From the IMG/VR virus record IMGVR_UViG_3300026442_000101: a stretch of DNA of 64,000 nucleotides. The stretch is one strand, 5' to 3'. This DNA comes from a virus (taxonomy: Duplodnaviria > Caudoviricetes). The notes beneath the pieces are model-generated. The model worked only from the letters and a program-made list of their open reading frames with translations. It had not been told where the DNA came from and searched no databases. Positions 8,251 to 16,624 of the stretch are shown here, piece after piece; position 1 is the first letter of the stretch; the number at the start of each line of letters is the position of its first letter. Position numbers and translations under genes: made by a program.

Positions 8251-8685
8251 TGGAATAACCTTCCAGTTAAGGATTGATGGTTACATCATTGGTCTTCTTC
8301 CGAAGAGTAAAGAGCATCAGAGTCCTGATAGTTATCTACCCTATTTGCAGCATAAAAGCTCGTGTTCTCACGGAGGGTGTTTTAGGACACCCTCCTTTGT
8401 TTTGGATGGATTAGGATTTACCATTACTTATTCACGTAATTTTTTACGATGTATAATAGCGACTTCGTCGCTATAAGAAGTTCCTAGTCGATATCGCTAC
8501 GCTCATCTCCGTACGGAACCTGGTCTATCCTATCTCCAACCAACCCGGAATTTGCTACGCAAATTCCACCCTTCCTTCCTCTTTCCGAGAAAATACTGAG
8601 TGGAACATACAATACCCAATGTCCATTCAATCTTCACGAAACAAAAAAAAAGACTCGAGGAGTCGGGGACCGAAGTCCCCTATCC
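8251..8685. other. Long structured non-coding region (candidate ncRNA, leader or cis site)
   Basis: Largest gene-free gap in the window, with several perfect inverted repeats. Confidence 0.55.
8642..8680 (-). terminator. Double-hairpin terminator (UUCG loop)
   Basis: Minus strand reads ggggac-TTCG-gtcccc, gactc-ctc-gagtc, then a T-run. Confidence 0.75.
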
Positions 8686-8988
8686 TTACTGACGATCCAG
8701 CTCAACGATCTCAGCGATAACAGCGTCGATCTTCTTACTGATCACATCTAGCCTGAGCACATGCTGAGAGGTGTACTCAGACTTCTCCTCTAAGCTCTTA
8801 GAGTCGTCTAAGAACACCTTCGACCAGCCGCTGCGTTCTTCGTTGAACTCAGCCTGTAGATCGTTCAGCCTACGATGCAGACTGGTCTGCTTAGAGATGA
8901 CTTTGTTGTTGGCAGTTATCTGACGTAACATCCACCAGATGAATACCAACAACAGACCTATCGCTAAGAACTTGAAAACCTCACCCAT
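8686..8988 (-). CDS. Membrane-anchored coiled-coil protein
   Basis: Start moved to MGEVFKFLAIGLLLVFIWW; N-terminal TM helix followed by heptads. Confidence 0.65.
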   Translation of the reverse strand: MGEVFKFLAIGLLLVFIWWMLRQITANNKVISKQTSLHRRLNDLQAEFNEERSGWSKVFLDDSKSLEEKSEYTSQHVLRLDVISKKIDAVIAEIVELDRQ

Positions 8989-9727
8989 GATTGTTACCGC
9001 CGAAGTTGATCTCGGCAGGATGTACTCGGTTGATGCTGTGGAACATGAGAAGATCATTCTTCATGAGCCATGGGATAGTTAGATCCAACCGCTCCTTGAT
9101 CTCATCCAGGATCGAGGGTAAAGCATCGAGGCCGAAGCCTTCAGCGTGAGGGTTTGACAGCGACCAGCTATAGTTGACGTCGTTAAACGTTGCGGCACCG
9201 CGCAGGATGTCGTACTGGTCTCGGCCCGAGGTGTAGTTCTCGAACATCGAATCACTGTTCTCTGGACGAGGATAGATCCTGAGCAAAGTGGCGCCATTGA
9301 AGGGTACGTTGAACACTGTACCGCTGTCGCGAACCAAGACGCTAGCCGGCGTATTGTACTTTTGTCGCAATACGGCGTTGAACACTTCAGAAGTGAACTT
9401 GTGTTCAGACAGATACCTGATGACGACCTCATCACGAATACCCAACCCGAACTCGGTCAACATATTCACGAACTTCTGCGCCATGTTCCGGGAAGTCAGC
9501 GGCGGATAAGAGAAGCGATCGCGGACCTTGGTGTCCACCATCGGTTCGTAGTTGACGCCGTAATGTAAGCGCTCGAAATCGCCAGTGGCTTTATCGAGGA
9601 TAACGAACGAAGTGTCGGGTAGATCGTCGATCTGCCGAGCACATTGCGGCTTCATCAGATGCATTTTGATTTCAGGACCTTCGAAGTCCACTTCCTTGAA
9701 TTTATCCAAGTTGTTCAGTTGGGTCAT
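8981..9727 (-). CDS. Hypothetical protein
   Basis: 248 aa, AAGGAG SD. Confidence 0.75.
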   Translation of the reverse strand: MTQLNNLDKFKEVDFEGPEIKMHLMKPQCARQIDDLPDTSFVILDKATGDFERLHYGVNYEPMVDTKVRDRFSYPPLTSRNMAQKFVNMLTEFGLGIRDEVVIRYLSEHKFTSEVFNAVLRQKYNTPASVLVRDSGTVFNVPFNGATLLRIYPRPENSDSMFENYTSGRDQYDILRGAATFNDVNYSWSLSNPHAEGFGLDALPSILDEIKERLDLTIPWLMKNDLLMFHSINRVHPAEINFGGNNHG

Positions 9728-10184
9728 ATTTCAGCTCCTTCAGCTCTTGTTCAATTTCATCAATTCGTTTAGTCGGTGTGGCTACATTAAAACGATAAGC
9801 TTGATTCAACTTATCCAGCGCAATATCCCGATCAGTAGCCATCGAGTCGGCTATCTCGTCTAGCCTTCTTTGACTGCGAGCGTGCGTAATGTGATCACCA
9901 AGCTCTTCAGCTGATTTGATTTCATCTAGCAGGAATCTGACCTCGCCGCCGAATATAGACTTCGCGATCATTTCCATCTGACTCAGCAGGATTGCCTCTT
10001 GCTGACGATAACCTTTCTCCGCCTTCATGACGACCGATCGCATGGTAGCCCTAGAGAGCAGTAGGCGATTGATCTTATTTACTCGGATCTTCTTCGCGCA
10101 GTACCAGTTGATCAGGCGGATTAAGCAGAACAGCAGCGTGATGATAACTATCGACGCCAATAGTTCCTTTAGGTCCTTCGACAT
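9702..10184 (-). CDS. Membrane-anchored helical protein
   Basis: LLASIVIITLLFCLIRLI TM segment; GGGGAAAGGA SD. Confidence 0.7.
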   Translation of the reverse strand: MSKDLKELLASIVIITLLFCLIRLINWYCAKKIRVNKINRLLLSRATMRSVVMKAEKGYRQQEAILLSQMEMIAKSIFGGEVRFLLDEIKSAEELGDHITHARSQRRLDEIADSMATDRDIALDKLNQAYRFNVATPTKRIDEIEQELKELKYDPTEQLG

Positions 10185-10197
10185 TCCTTTCCCCAAC

Positions 10198-10230
10198 AAA
10201 ATTAAAAAGACCTCCCCTTTCGAGGAGGTC
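10198..10230 (-). terminator. Intrinsic terminator
   Basis: gacctcc/ggaggtc stem with a T-rich tract on the minus strand. Confidence 0.6.
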
Positions 10231-10238
10231 CTGGCCGA

Positions 10239-10505
10239 TTACTCGCCGAGGCTACGCTGGAACTCGCGCTCTTCCATCTCGTCGATGGCGCGGCAGTTGT
10301 CTGCGTATTCTTGCTCTTCTACGAAGTCGGCTTCTTCTTGAACGTAGATCTCACGGATCTGATCCATGGTCTTGTCCTTGAATTCGCCGCTCGCGACGCG
10401 CTTGTCGAAGTCGTCCATCGCGTCAGGTTGGAAATCAGCACCCATATCGGCGATAGGGTACTTGCTTGGTTCTTGGTCCATCGGACCGTTGCAGTTGTGC
10501 GCCAT
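10239..10505 (-). CDS. Small acidic hypothetical protein
   Basis: 88 aa, coupled to the upstream gene. Confidence 0.7.
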   Translation of the reverse strand: MAHNCNGPMDQEPSKYPIADMGADFQPDAMDDFDKRVASGEFKDKTMDQIREIYVQEEADFVEEQEYADNCRAIDEMEEREFQRSLGE

Positions 10506-10507
10506 GA

Positions 10508-10846
10508 TCAGTCTTCCTCGTTCTGGAGCTCATCGCTCAGTTTGACGGTGCGTTGGTGGATCTCGTCGAGCTCCCCTTCGCGGATTTTGCCAACGATCAG
10601 TTCCAGCAACTCGGTTTGGTTGCGGGCGATCGAACGGGCGATTTCCACCGCAGGTTTATTCACCTTGTCGGTGGTGGTAAATTCGTGACCAGAGATCACG
10701 ATACGGGACTTCACTGCGATGAAGTTGTCGCAGTCGACCACGCGATGACTTACTTCATCGATGTGGTTCAGAAGCTCCTGCTCATCGTTGATAACGATGG
10801 TCAGTGCTTCGTCGAAGGTTAGTGCTTTATCGTCTTGACCAGACAT
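10508..10846 (-). CDS. Hypothetical protein
   Basis: 112 aa, GAGGAG SD. Confidence 0.75.
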   Translation of the reverse strand: MSGQDDKALTFDEALTIVINDEQELLNHIDEVSHRVVDCDNFIAVKSRIVISGHEFTTTDKVNKPAVEIARSIARNQTELLELIVGKIREGELDEIHQRTVKLSDELQNEED

Positions 10847-10859
10847 GCTGTCTCCTCGG

Positions 10860-11735
10860 TCATTGGGCTTTGAAGTTAAGGTTTAAGAATTTGCCGTCAG
10901 CTATGAACTGTTCGGCGGCTTCGAAGTCAGTATACCCGAACATCATTGCAATGATGTCGTAGGCATTCTCCTTCAGAAGTCGGTGGTCGACGGCCTTGAT
11001 GGTAGCCACCAGGATTTCCGTCGTCAATGAGTCGATGTGTGGATACCCCTGTATCAGATAGAGTACGCGGAACATTGCAGGCCCATTCAGCAAGAACTGC
11101 CTGATCTCGCTAGGCAGGAACGCTTTGAACTCACTGATGTATTCGTTAACCAGATACTGGCGCTGTCGCATTTCAACGGCCCAGGCATCTTGTCGCTGCT
11201 GGGATTGACGGGCCATGAACTCATCGTACTCGAGCTGCTTCAGACGTTCGTCTTCAGCAATCTGCTCTGGAGTCATCTCGAAGCGGTAGAAGCCTTCTTT
11301 GAAGATAGCCTCGTGACTGACGTACTTATTACCGTAGCCTCTGGCAGTGACTTGCTCCTCCGCATCTTCGATTAAATACTTCTGACGCTTACGGTAGAAT
11401 TCAAACTCTTCCCGGATGGCGTATTCAGTTGGGCTGAGGTAGGTGTTGTACCTGTCACCGCCGAAATCGATCCAGACAAGGACACCTGTCTTGAACTCCT
11501 CAACCTGGATCTGTTTACGCCGCCAACGAGTTTGATGAACGAACATCCACAACTTGGAATCTTCACCGTAGATCAACTTCTCGAAAGCCAGCTGTTCCTT
11601 TGCAGCTGTCTTGGCGATTTTGTTACGAGCCTTCGAGTAGCGAGCCAACATAGCCGCTTCAAACGCTTCCCATGCAGCCTTACGGCTAGTAACGCGAGGA
11701 GTGGATACCTCGCGTCCAGATGGTTGCTCGAGCAT
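10860..11735 (-). CDS. Hypothetical protein
   Basis: Start moved to MLEQPSG, 1 nt after the upstream TGA. Confidence 0.7.
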   Translation of the reverse strand: MLEQPSGREVSTPRVTSRKAAWEAFEAAMLARYSKARNKIAKTAAKEQLAFEKLIYGEDSKLWMFVHQTRWRRKQIQVEEFKTGVLVWIDFGGDRYNTYLSPTEYAIREEFEFYRKRQKYLIEDAEEQVTARGYGNKYVSHEAIFKEGFYRFEMTPEQIAEDERLKQLEYDEFMARQSQQRQDAWAVEMRQRQYLVNEYISEFKAFLPSEIRQFLLNGPAMFRVLYLIQGYPHIDSLTTEILVATIKAVDHRLLKENAYDIIAMMFGYTDFEAAEQFIADGKFLNLNFKAQ

Positions 11736-11736
11736 T

Positions 11737-12714
11737 TCACGCTTTCCAGGACAGTTTGTTGTCTTTAGTGATTTCGACCACCAGTGTACCGGTGGTTGTG
11801 ATGTAGCTGACAGGGAACCCTGCATCCCGTACGACTTTGGCATTGACGCCGTGAAGCTCACCATTGAAGACCAACTGTTTCTTGAGCTTGGTCATCATGA
11901 TCTTGAAGATCGGCGAGGCCACTTCGTCAGCGATGAACTTCTCCCGCTGCTCAGGAGTCATGTCAGGCTTACCCAGCTTCTCGTCAGGCTTCTTGGTGAT
12001 GATGCCTTTGAAGATGACCAGATAGTCGATCGCGTTCTGCAGATCATGCCAGGTGACAGTTGGAATGCAACCGCCCAGAGCAAGACGCCCAGTATCACGC
12101 ACCACAGCCTTCTGATACTCGCTAGGAGCGATCTCCGGCTCAGGGTTACGACCGATGACCCGATAGGTCAGCTCGACGGCTGTAGGCTCTCTCCCGAGCT
12201 CTTGGACGGCTTCTGCGTAGTCTGCCGCCGTGACGTTCACTACATCGGCGATCCCGGAACGTTCAGCGTGTTCTTCGATACTGGTTGCGGGATCGGACAT
12301 CGGAACGTACTTGCTGTCAGTACCGTTTTCGTACCGCTTACGCTCCAGCCCTTTGCTGGCCAGGTATTCGTCCATGCTGTGGACATTGCCGACTGGCATC
12401 TCTGGGAAATTGTCAGTCAACTCCACCAGAGGCTTATCAGCAGGCTCATCGTCCCACGGCATGGTTTCACCTTCAGCGGCCATGATGGCAGCTTTGCTAA
12501 ACTCACGTTCAGCAAGCGTGGTGTTGATGAACCGCTTAGTGACGGCGCCAGAACCTTCGTTCAGCGCAGCGTTGAGCGCATCCATGTCGATGTCGTCGCC
12601 AAAGTCCTGGAAGTATTTGGAGTCCACGGGCTCAGGCGTTTCCAGGTAATGTGCCTGGACGTGAGCGAATGCATTGCGGACGTTGCTGATGTTCGGAACG
12701 TTTACTTCAACCAT
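11737..12714 (-). CDS. Hypothetical protein with an acidic N-terminal half
   Basis: 325 aa, AAAAGGA SD, strong codon bias. Confidence 0.8.
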   Translation of the reverse strand: MVEVNVPNISNVRNAFAHVQAHYLETPEPVDSKYFQDFGDDIDMDALNAALNEGSGAVTKRFINTTLAEREFSKAAIMAAEGETMPWDDEPADKPLVELTDNFPEMPVGNVHSMDEYLASKGLERKRYENGTDSKYVPMSDPATSIEEHAERSGIADVVNVTAADYAEAVQELGREPTAVELTYRVIGRNPEPEIAPSEYQKAVVRDTGRLALGGCIPTVTWHDLQNAIDYLVIFKGIITKKPDEKLGKPDMTPEQREKFIADEVASPIFKIMMTKLKKQLVFNGELHGVNAKVVRDAGFPVSYITTTGTLVVEITKDNKLSWKA

Positions 12715-12745
12715 GATCAGGTCCTTTTAATTCTCAAAGTTTGGG

Positions 12746-12783
12746 GCATAGACGGGGTGGAAGCCACCCCTCTTTCTATGCTG
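12746..12783. terminator. Hairpin flanked by GCATAG/CTATGC
   Basis: gcataga-cggggtgg-aag-ccacccc-tcttt-ctatgc. Confidence 0.55.
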
Positions 12784-12982
12784 TACGTACGCCGCCGATG
12801 CGGCACTGTGGAGCGGGAGTGCTAGCCGGTTCAGGCATGCACGATTTGCAGTAATAGCCGAACGACGTGCCGAGGCCGGATTTCTCAGTGATCCTTACCA
12901 CCGCACGTTTGTTGCAATCGTCACAATCTTGGTCTTCACCGGCGCGTAGCTGGTAACGATACCCTACTTGGTTTGCGTCCAT
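12776..12982 (-). CDS. Small zinc-finger protein
   Basis: 68 aa, CDDC...YCKSC; GGGAGG SD. Confidence 0.65.
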   Translation of the reverse strand: MDANQVGYRYQLRAGEDQDCDDCNKRAVVRITEKSGLGTSFGYYCKSCMPEPASTPAPQCRIGGVRTA

Positions 12983-13094
12983 GTCGATGCCCTCCCCGGG
13001 CGATTGTGTTGGTTAATCAGGTCGAAAATGTATGATTCAAACAAAGTTGATTGTTATCTTGTGACTCCCGAACACCTCCTGGCGGATCACTCCA

Positions 13095-14345
13095 ATGGAA
13101 AGTCTTTACTCAGGTAGCCCGGCTAAACGAAATATCAAGTCGGTCTTTGAGCACCACTGTGAGCACATGGTCTTTGACCAGAAGATGCTGCGGAAGGTGC
13201 AAACTTACGAACAGCAGTTCGTCAATAAGAACGATGCCCACATCTCATTCTTCGGCGGCAACCTCATGGGTGTCGATCCCGTGCGTTTTAAGGACGAAGA
13301 CCGGAACCGATGGTTTGATGAAGTGATGGATGTGGATGAGGATTCCCTCGAGGACGATCTTCATGCCCTCCCAGAAGTCGTGACCCACCGGCACGTATCC
13401 TCCGACACAATGAATCTGGCTTGCTTGTGGATGATTCATAAGTTCCTGACTACGGACAAACTCTCTGACGCCGAAAAGCATGATGGCGCCATGGCTGTCG
13501 CGTTGGTCCTCCAATATAAATACATTACATCTATATTGGCAGCCTGGTTCAAATTTAACGCAGACCCGATCATCGCTCAGGCCACTTACGCGGCGCTGAG
13601 TAAGCGGTTCGGTCTGAAGGTGGCCGGTAACTGGGGCGAGCTGTTGCGCCGTCGTGCCGAAGCCATCGTCGGTAAAGGTCAGCTGTGGTACAAGGCACTC
13701 GTGGCGTTCGATAAGGACATCGACAAGATCGCCAACGATACCCAGGGTCGGATCAAGGACATCCTGAAGAACATCCGTGACATGTTCACCGTGGTGCAGA
13801 ACTCTCCAGAGATGCAGATCCGCAACGTGGGTTCGACCATCGAACTCGATGGTGAGCTGAAGATCCGGGATAAGACCCGCCTGATTTCCAGCTACATGCG
13901 TTACCTGCTCGGCATCCTCAGCGACCGCAACAACTTCATCATCCCAGAACTGGTCGGCGTTATCGCTAAGACGGTCCCCACGATGCCTAAGAGCGCCCTG
14001 GTGAACGTTCTGTCGTATATGTCGAACAACGCCTCGCCTAAGGCAGATCCTCGCGTACAGAAGATCTGTGAGCTTACGCTGCAGCATGCCTTCGACTACT
14101 TGAACAAGAACCCGAACACCATGGCGTCTAGCAGCGACATCCCGGGCTTGATCAAGAAGATGCGTTCGCTCTATCAAGCGTCCCGTACCAACAACCCGAT
14201 GATCCTCGAGATGCGCGAGCTGACCGAAGAGATTACGGCTATCGCCATTCGTTCCAAGAACAAGGTGTTGGTGGCTGCGGTGCGTAACGCGGTACTGCTC
14301 TACATCCTGATCCGTACGTTCACCATGCATCACTACCAGAAGTGA
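13095..14345 (+). CDS. Virion head structural protein (phiKZ gp32-like)
   Basis: 416 aa, TATG upstream, convergent on the terminase; family recognised from memory and synteny. Confidence 0.65.
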   Translation: MESLYSGSPAKRNIKSVFEHHCEHMVFDQKMLRKVQTYEQQFVNKNDAHISFFGGNLMGVDPVRFKDEDRNRWFDEVMDVDEDSLEDDLHALPEVVTHRHVSSDTMNLACLWMIHKFLTTDKLSDAEKHDGAMAVALVLQYKYITSILAAWFKFNADPIIAQATYAALSKRFGLKVAGNWGELLRRRAEAIVGKGQLWYKALVAFDKDIDKIANDTQGRIKDILKNIRDMFTVVQNSPEMQIRNVGSTIELDGELKIRDKTRLISSYMRYLLGILSDRNNFIIPELVGVIAKTVPTMPKSALVNVLSYMSNNASPKADPRVQKICELTLQHAFDYLNKNPNTMASSSDIPGLIKKMRSLYQASRTNNPMILEMRELTEEITAIAIRSKNKVLVAAVRNAVLLYILIRTFTMHHYQK

Positions 14346-14382
14346 CATAAGGGCCGGGGAACTTCCCCGGCCTCTATGCTGT
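14346..14382. terminator. Bidirectional hairpin element, copy 1
   Basis: cataagggccgggga-act-tccccggcctctatgctg. Confidence 0.75.
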
Positions 14383-16569
14383 TTAGAACCGCCCGCCGTA
14401 ACGATACGGGTTGAAACCGTAGTTGCGTGCAGTAAGGCGAGGAGCCGAACGATTGGCTTCTGCTTTCTTGTCCGCCACCACTTGGGACTTACGGTCGATC
14501 GAGCCGATGTCGTCCACAGCGTCTTCACGAATCTCGGTCTTCAGGGAAGAGATCTTCGATTCAATGTAACGGATCTCCAACATGCCTTTGGCATCAGCCA
14601 GCTGGGCAGTTAGACGATCCAATTCCAAGTTCAGACGCTCTTGACGCAGAGCTGCGCGCTGTTCCTTCACGTCATCGCCAGTAGCGGCGACTTTCAGACG
14701 GCACAGCACTTTACGGTTATCGATACCGTAGTGGTCGAGGTTACGACCTTCACGCAGGAACCATTGAGCAATCAACCACGAGATGACGTGGTCGTCGTGG
14801 CCAGAAGACTTGTGGTCGATCCGACCATTCTTCTCAACCAGAGACGAAAGCTCATCGATCAGCGAAGCATCGCGAATCAGCTTCGGAGCATCGTTGGTAG
14901 CCTCACGCAGCGTAACAATGTACAGATCTTCACGCAGAGGACCAGAGGTTGGGAAACCGAACTGGTTACGGTACGGGAAATATTTGCGCTCGGTAGGTTG
15001 GCCTGCCGAGTATTCGCGGTAGTTACGCTTCTCGTTATCGGAACCGCGCGCTGTATCCACGATACGACTGTAGATACGACGACCAGGGTCGATGCCTTTG
15101 AGCGGCAGTTCGATGAGCAGGTCATCGAGGATACCGATCCAGGTGGACTTGGCCTCAGGGACGAGGGTGACCAGAGGATGCTCTTCCAGGAACTTGGCTA
15201 GCCAGACAGCAAACCACGTCAACGAAGATTCACCGACCATGAAGCTTGCCAGAGTCTCACTGGTTTCCACATCGACCAGCACGCCAGTGATGGCGTCTCG
15301 ACCAACGGCGTTCGAGGTATCGAGACCAAGGATCGCCTGACGGCTCTTGACGTATTCGACTTCCCGATGGTACTTGACCTGATAACGGTACTTGTCATCG
15401 GTAATGACGATAGGCGCCGAGTTGATGTTATCCCGGATTCTGTTGAGCAGCTTCTCAGGGATTGGGTTACTGGTCGAACCAAAGGTCCACTGGCCGAGGA
15501 AGTCTCGCTTGATCTGGTCACGGGTACCTGGAGTCGTAGCAATCTTACCCTTGAGCCATTCGTTCGTCTTACCGAGCTGCAAGTGGTTGAACGAGATGTC
15601 GACATACGGAGCCGACCGGTCCTCGCACTTACTGTTAGCCATGATGATGGTTACAGCGTCATCACGGTTATCGGCATCGAACAACATCTCGGAGAAGAAC
15701 ATGCCCTTCTTCTTGATGTTTTCGTAGACGTACTTACCAGACTCGGTCGACAGGTCACCGGCCGTAGTCGTGTACAGAATGGCGTGGAACTTCTTGTACT
15801 TACGCGCCTTATCGAAGGAAGCCGTGGTCGATGCAATTAGCGCAGGGATGGATACCTTGGCGTTTGGCAAGAACGGCGGTTCGTCGACGTTTACGAAGTC
15901 AGGGGTCTTACCGCGACCCACGGAGTTGGCATCGTCAGGCGAGCCCTGAGGAACGTACGAGAAGGTTTGGTTCTCGTTCATCAGGGTGGTGAACTCGTAC
16001 TGGTTGTCCGTGTCCTTAGGCGTCAGGTACCACATCCATTTAGGCAGAGCTGCCCGGAACTTCTTGTAATACTTGATCTCGTCTCGACGAAGGTCACCCT
16101 TGGTGAACAGTACGTGAGTCGCGCCCTTGGTGATGAAAATGTGGAATAGTACGACGAGGAAGCGGGTGTTCAGTGTCTTACCGGTCTGGCGGATCTGCTG
16201 GACGAAGGTAATGAATGCGTTGAACACGCACCAGAACATGGCGATGTTACCGCGGTTCGCTTCCAGCATGATCAGGTTATCGCCGTCAGGGATGCGGATC
16301 ACTTCACGCAGCGCGTACCACGGGTTGACGGCGCATTCCAGCAAGATGAGTTCCTGCTGTTCCTCGGTGAGATTATCGGAGTGTGCATCGACCCCACGAA
16401 GTTCCTCGTTGTGAAGCGCAAGGAAGAAGTACCAGTTCTGGATACCCATCGCCTGGTATTTGTACGCCATCTCGACCCAGCTGTAGTTACGTGAGCTGAC
16501 GTCGGCAATAGCGTGCGGATATCGATCCCAATCTTCTAGATACAGGATCGGCTTGAATTTAATTGCCAT
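14383..16569 (-). CDS. terL: Terminase large subunit
   Basis: Walker A IRQTGKT, Walker B VNVDEPPF, motif-III-like YTTTAG, nuclease GLDTS...HDDHVISWL; start moved to MAIKFK. Confidence 0.92.
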   Translation of the reverse strand: MAIKFKPILYLEDWDRYPHAIADVSSRNYSWVEMAYKYQAMGIQNWYFFLALHNEELRGVDAHSDNLTEEQQELILLECAVNPWYALREVIRIPDGDNLIMLEANRGNIAMFWCVFNAFITFVQQIRQTGKTLNTRFLVVLFHIFITKGATHVLFTKGDLRRDEIKYYKKFRAALPKWMWYLTPKDTDNQYEFTTLMNENQTFSYVPQGSPDDANSVGRGKTPDFVNVDEPPFLPNAKVSIPALIASTTASFDKARKYKKFHAILYTTTAGDLSTESGKYVYENIKKKGMFFSEMLFDADNRDDAVTIIMANSKCEDRSAPYVDISFNHLQLGKTNEWLKGKIATTPGTRDQIKRDFLGQWTFGSTSNPIPEKLLNRIRDNINSAPIVITDDKYRYQVKYHREVEYVKSRQAILGLDTSNAVGRDAITGVLVDVETSETLASFMVGESSLTWFAVWLAKFLEEHPLVTLVPEAKSTWIGILDDLLIELPLKGIDPGRRIYSRIVDTARGSDNEKRNYREYSAGQPTERKYFPYRNQFGFPTSGPLREDLYIVTLREATNDAPKLIRDASLIDELSSLVEKNGRIDHKSSGHDDHVISWLIAQWFLREGRNLDHYGIDNRKVLCRLKVAATGDDVKEQRAALRQERLNLELDRLTAQLADAKGMLEIRYIESKISSLKTEIREDAVDDIGSIDRKSQVVADKKAEANRSAPRLTARNYGFNPYRYGGRF

Positions 16570-16624
16570 GGTAGACCTCTGCGGCATAGCCCACTGGGCA
16601 GGGTGACCTGCCCAGTGAGGTACA

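Noticed and set aside
8288-8425. 45-aa minus-strand mini-ORF (MVNPNPSK...)
   Set aside because: No SD, and it runs through the terminator-like hairpin.
8431-8457. Sigma70-like TTCACG-15-TATAAT on the + strand
   Set aside because: The 15-nt spacing is suboptimal, no + strand gene follows, and phiKZ-like phages are largely independent of host RNAP. Kept only as part of the 8251-8685 finding.
8251-8685. tRNA or CRISPR array in the large gap
   Set aside because: No cloverleaf with a TTCGA T-loop and CCA, and no regularly spaced direct repeats.
14383-16569. Introns, inteins or homing endonucleases in terL, RNAP subunits, RNase H or recombinase
   Set aside because: The ORFs are uninterrupted and near the family sizes I recall. 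I saw no HNH, LAGLIDADG, GIY-YIG or intein splice motifs.
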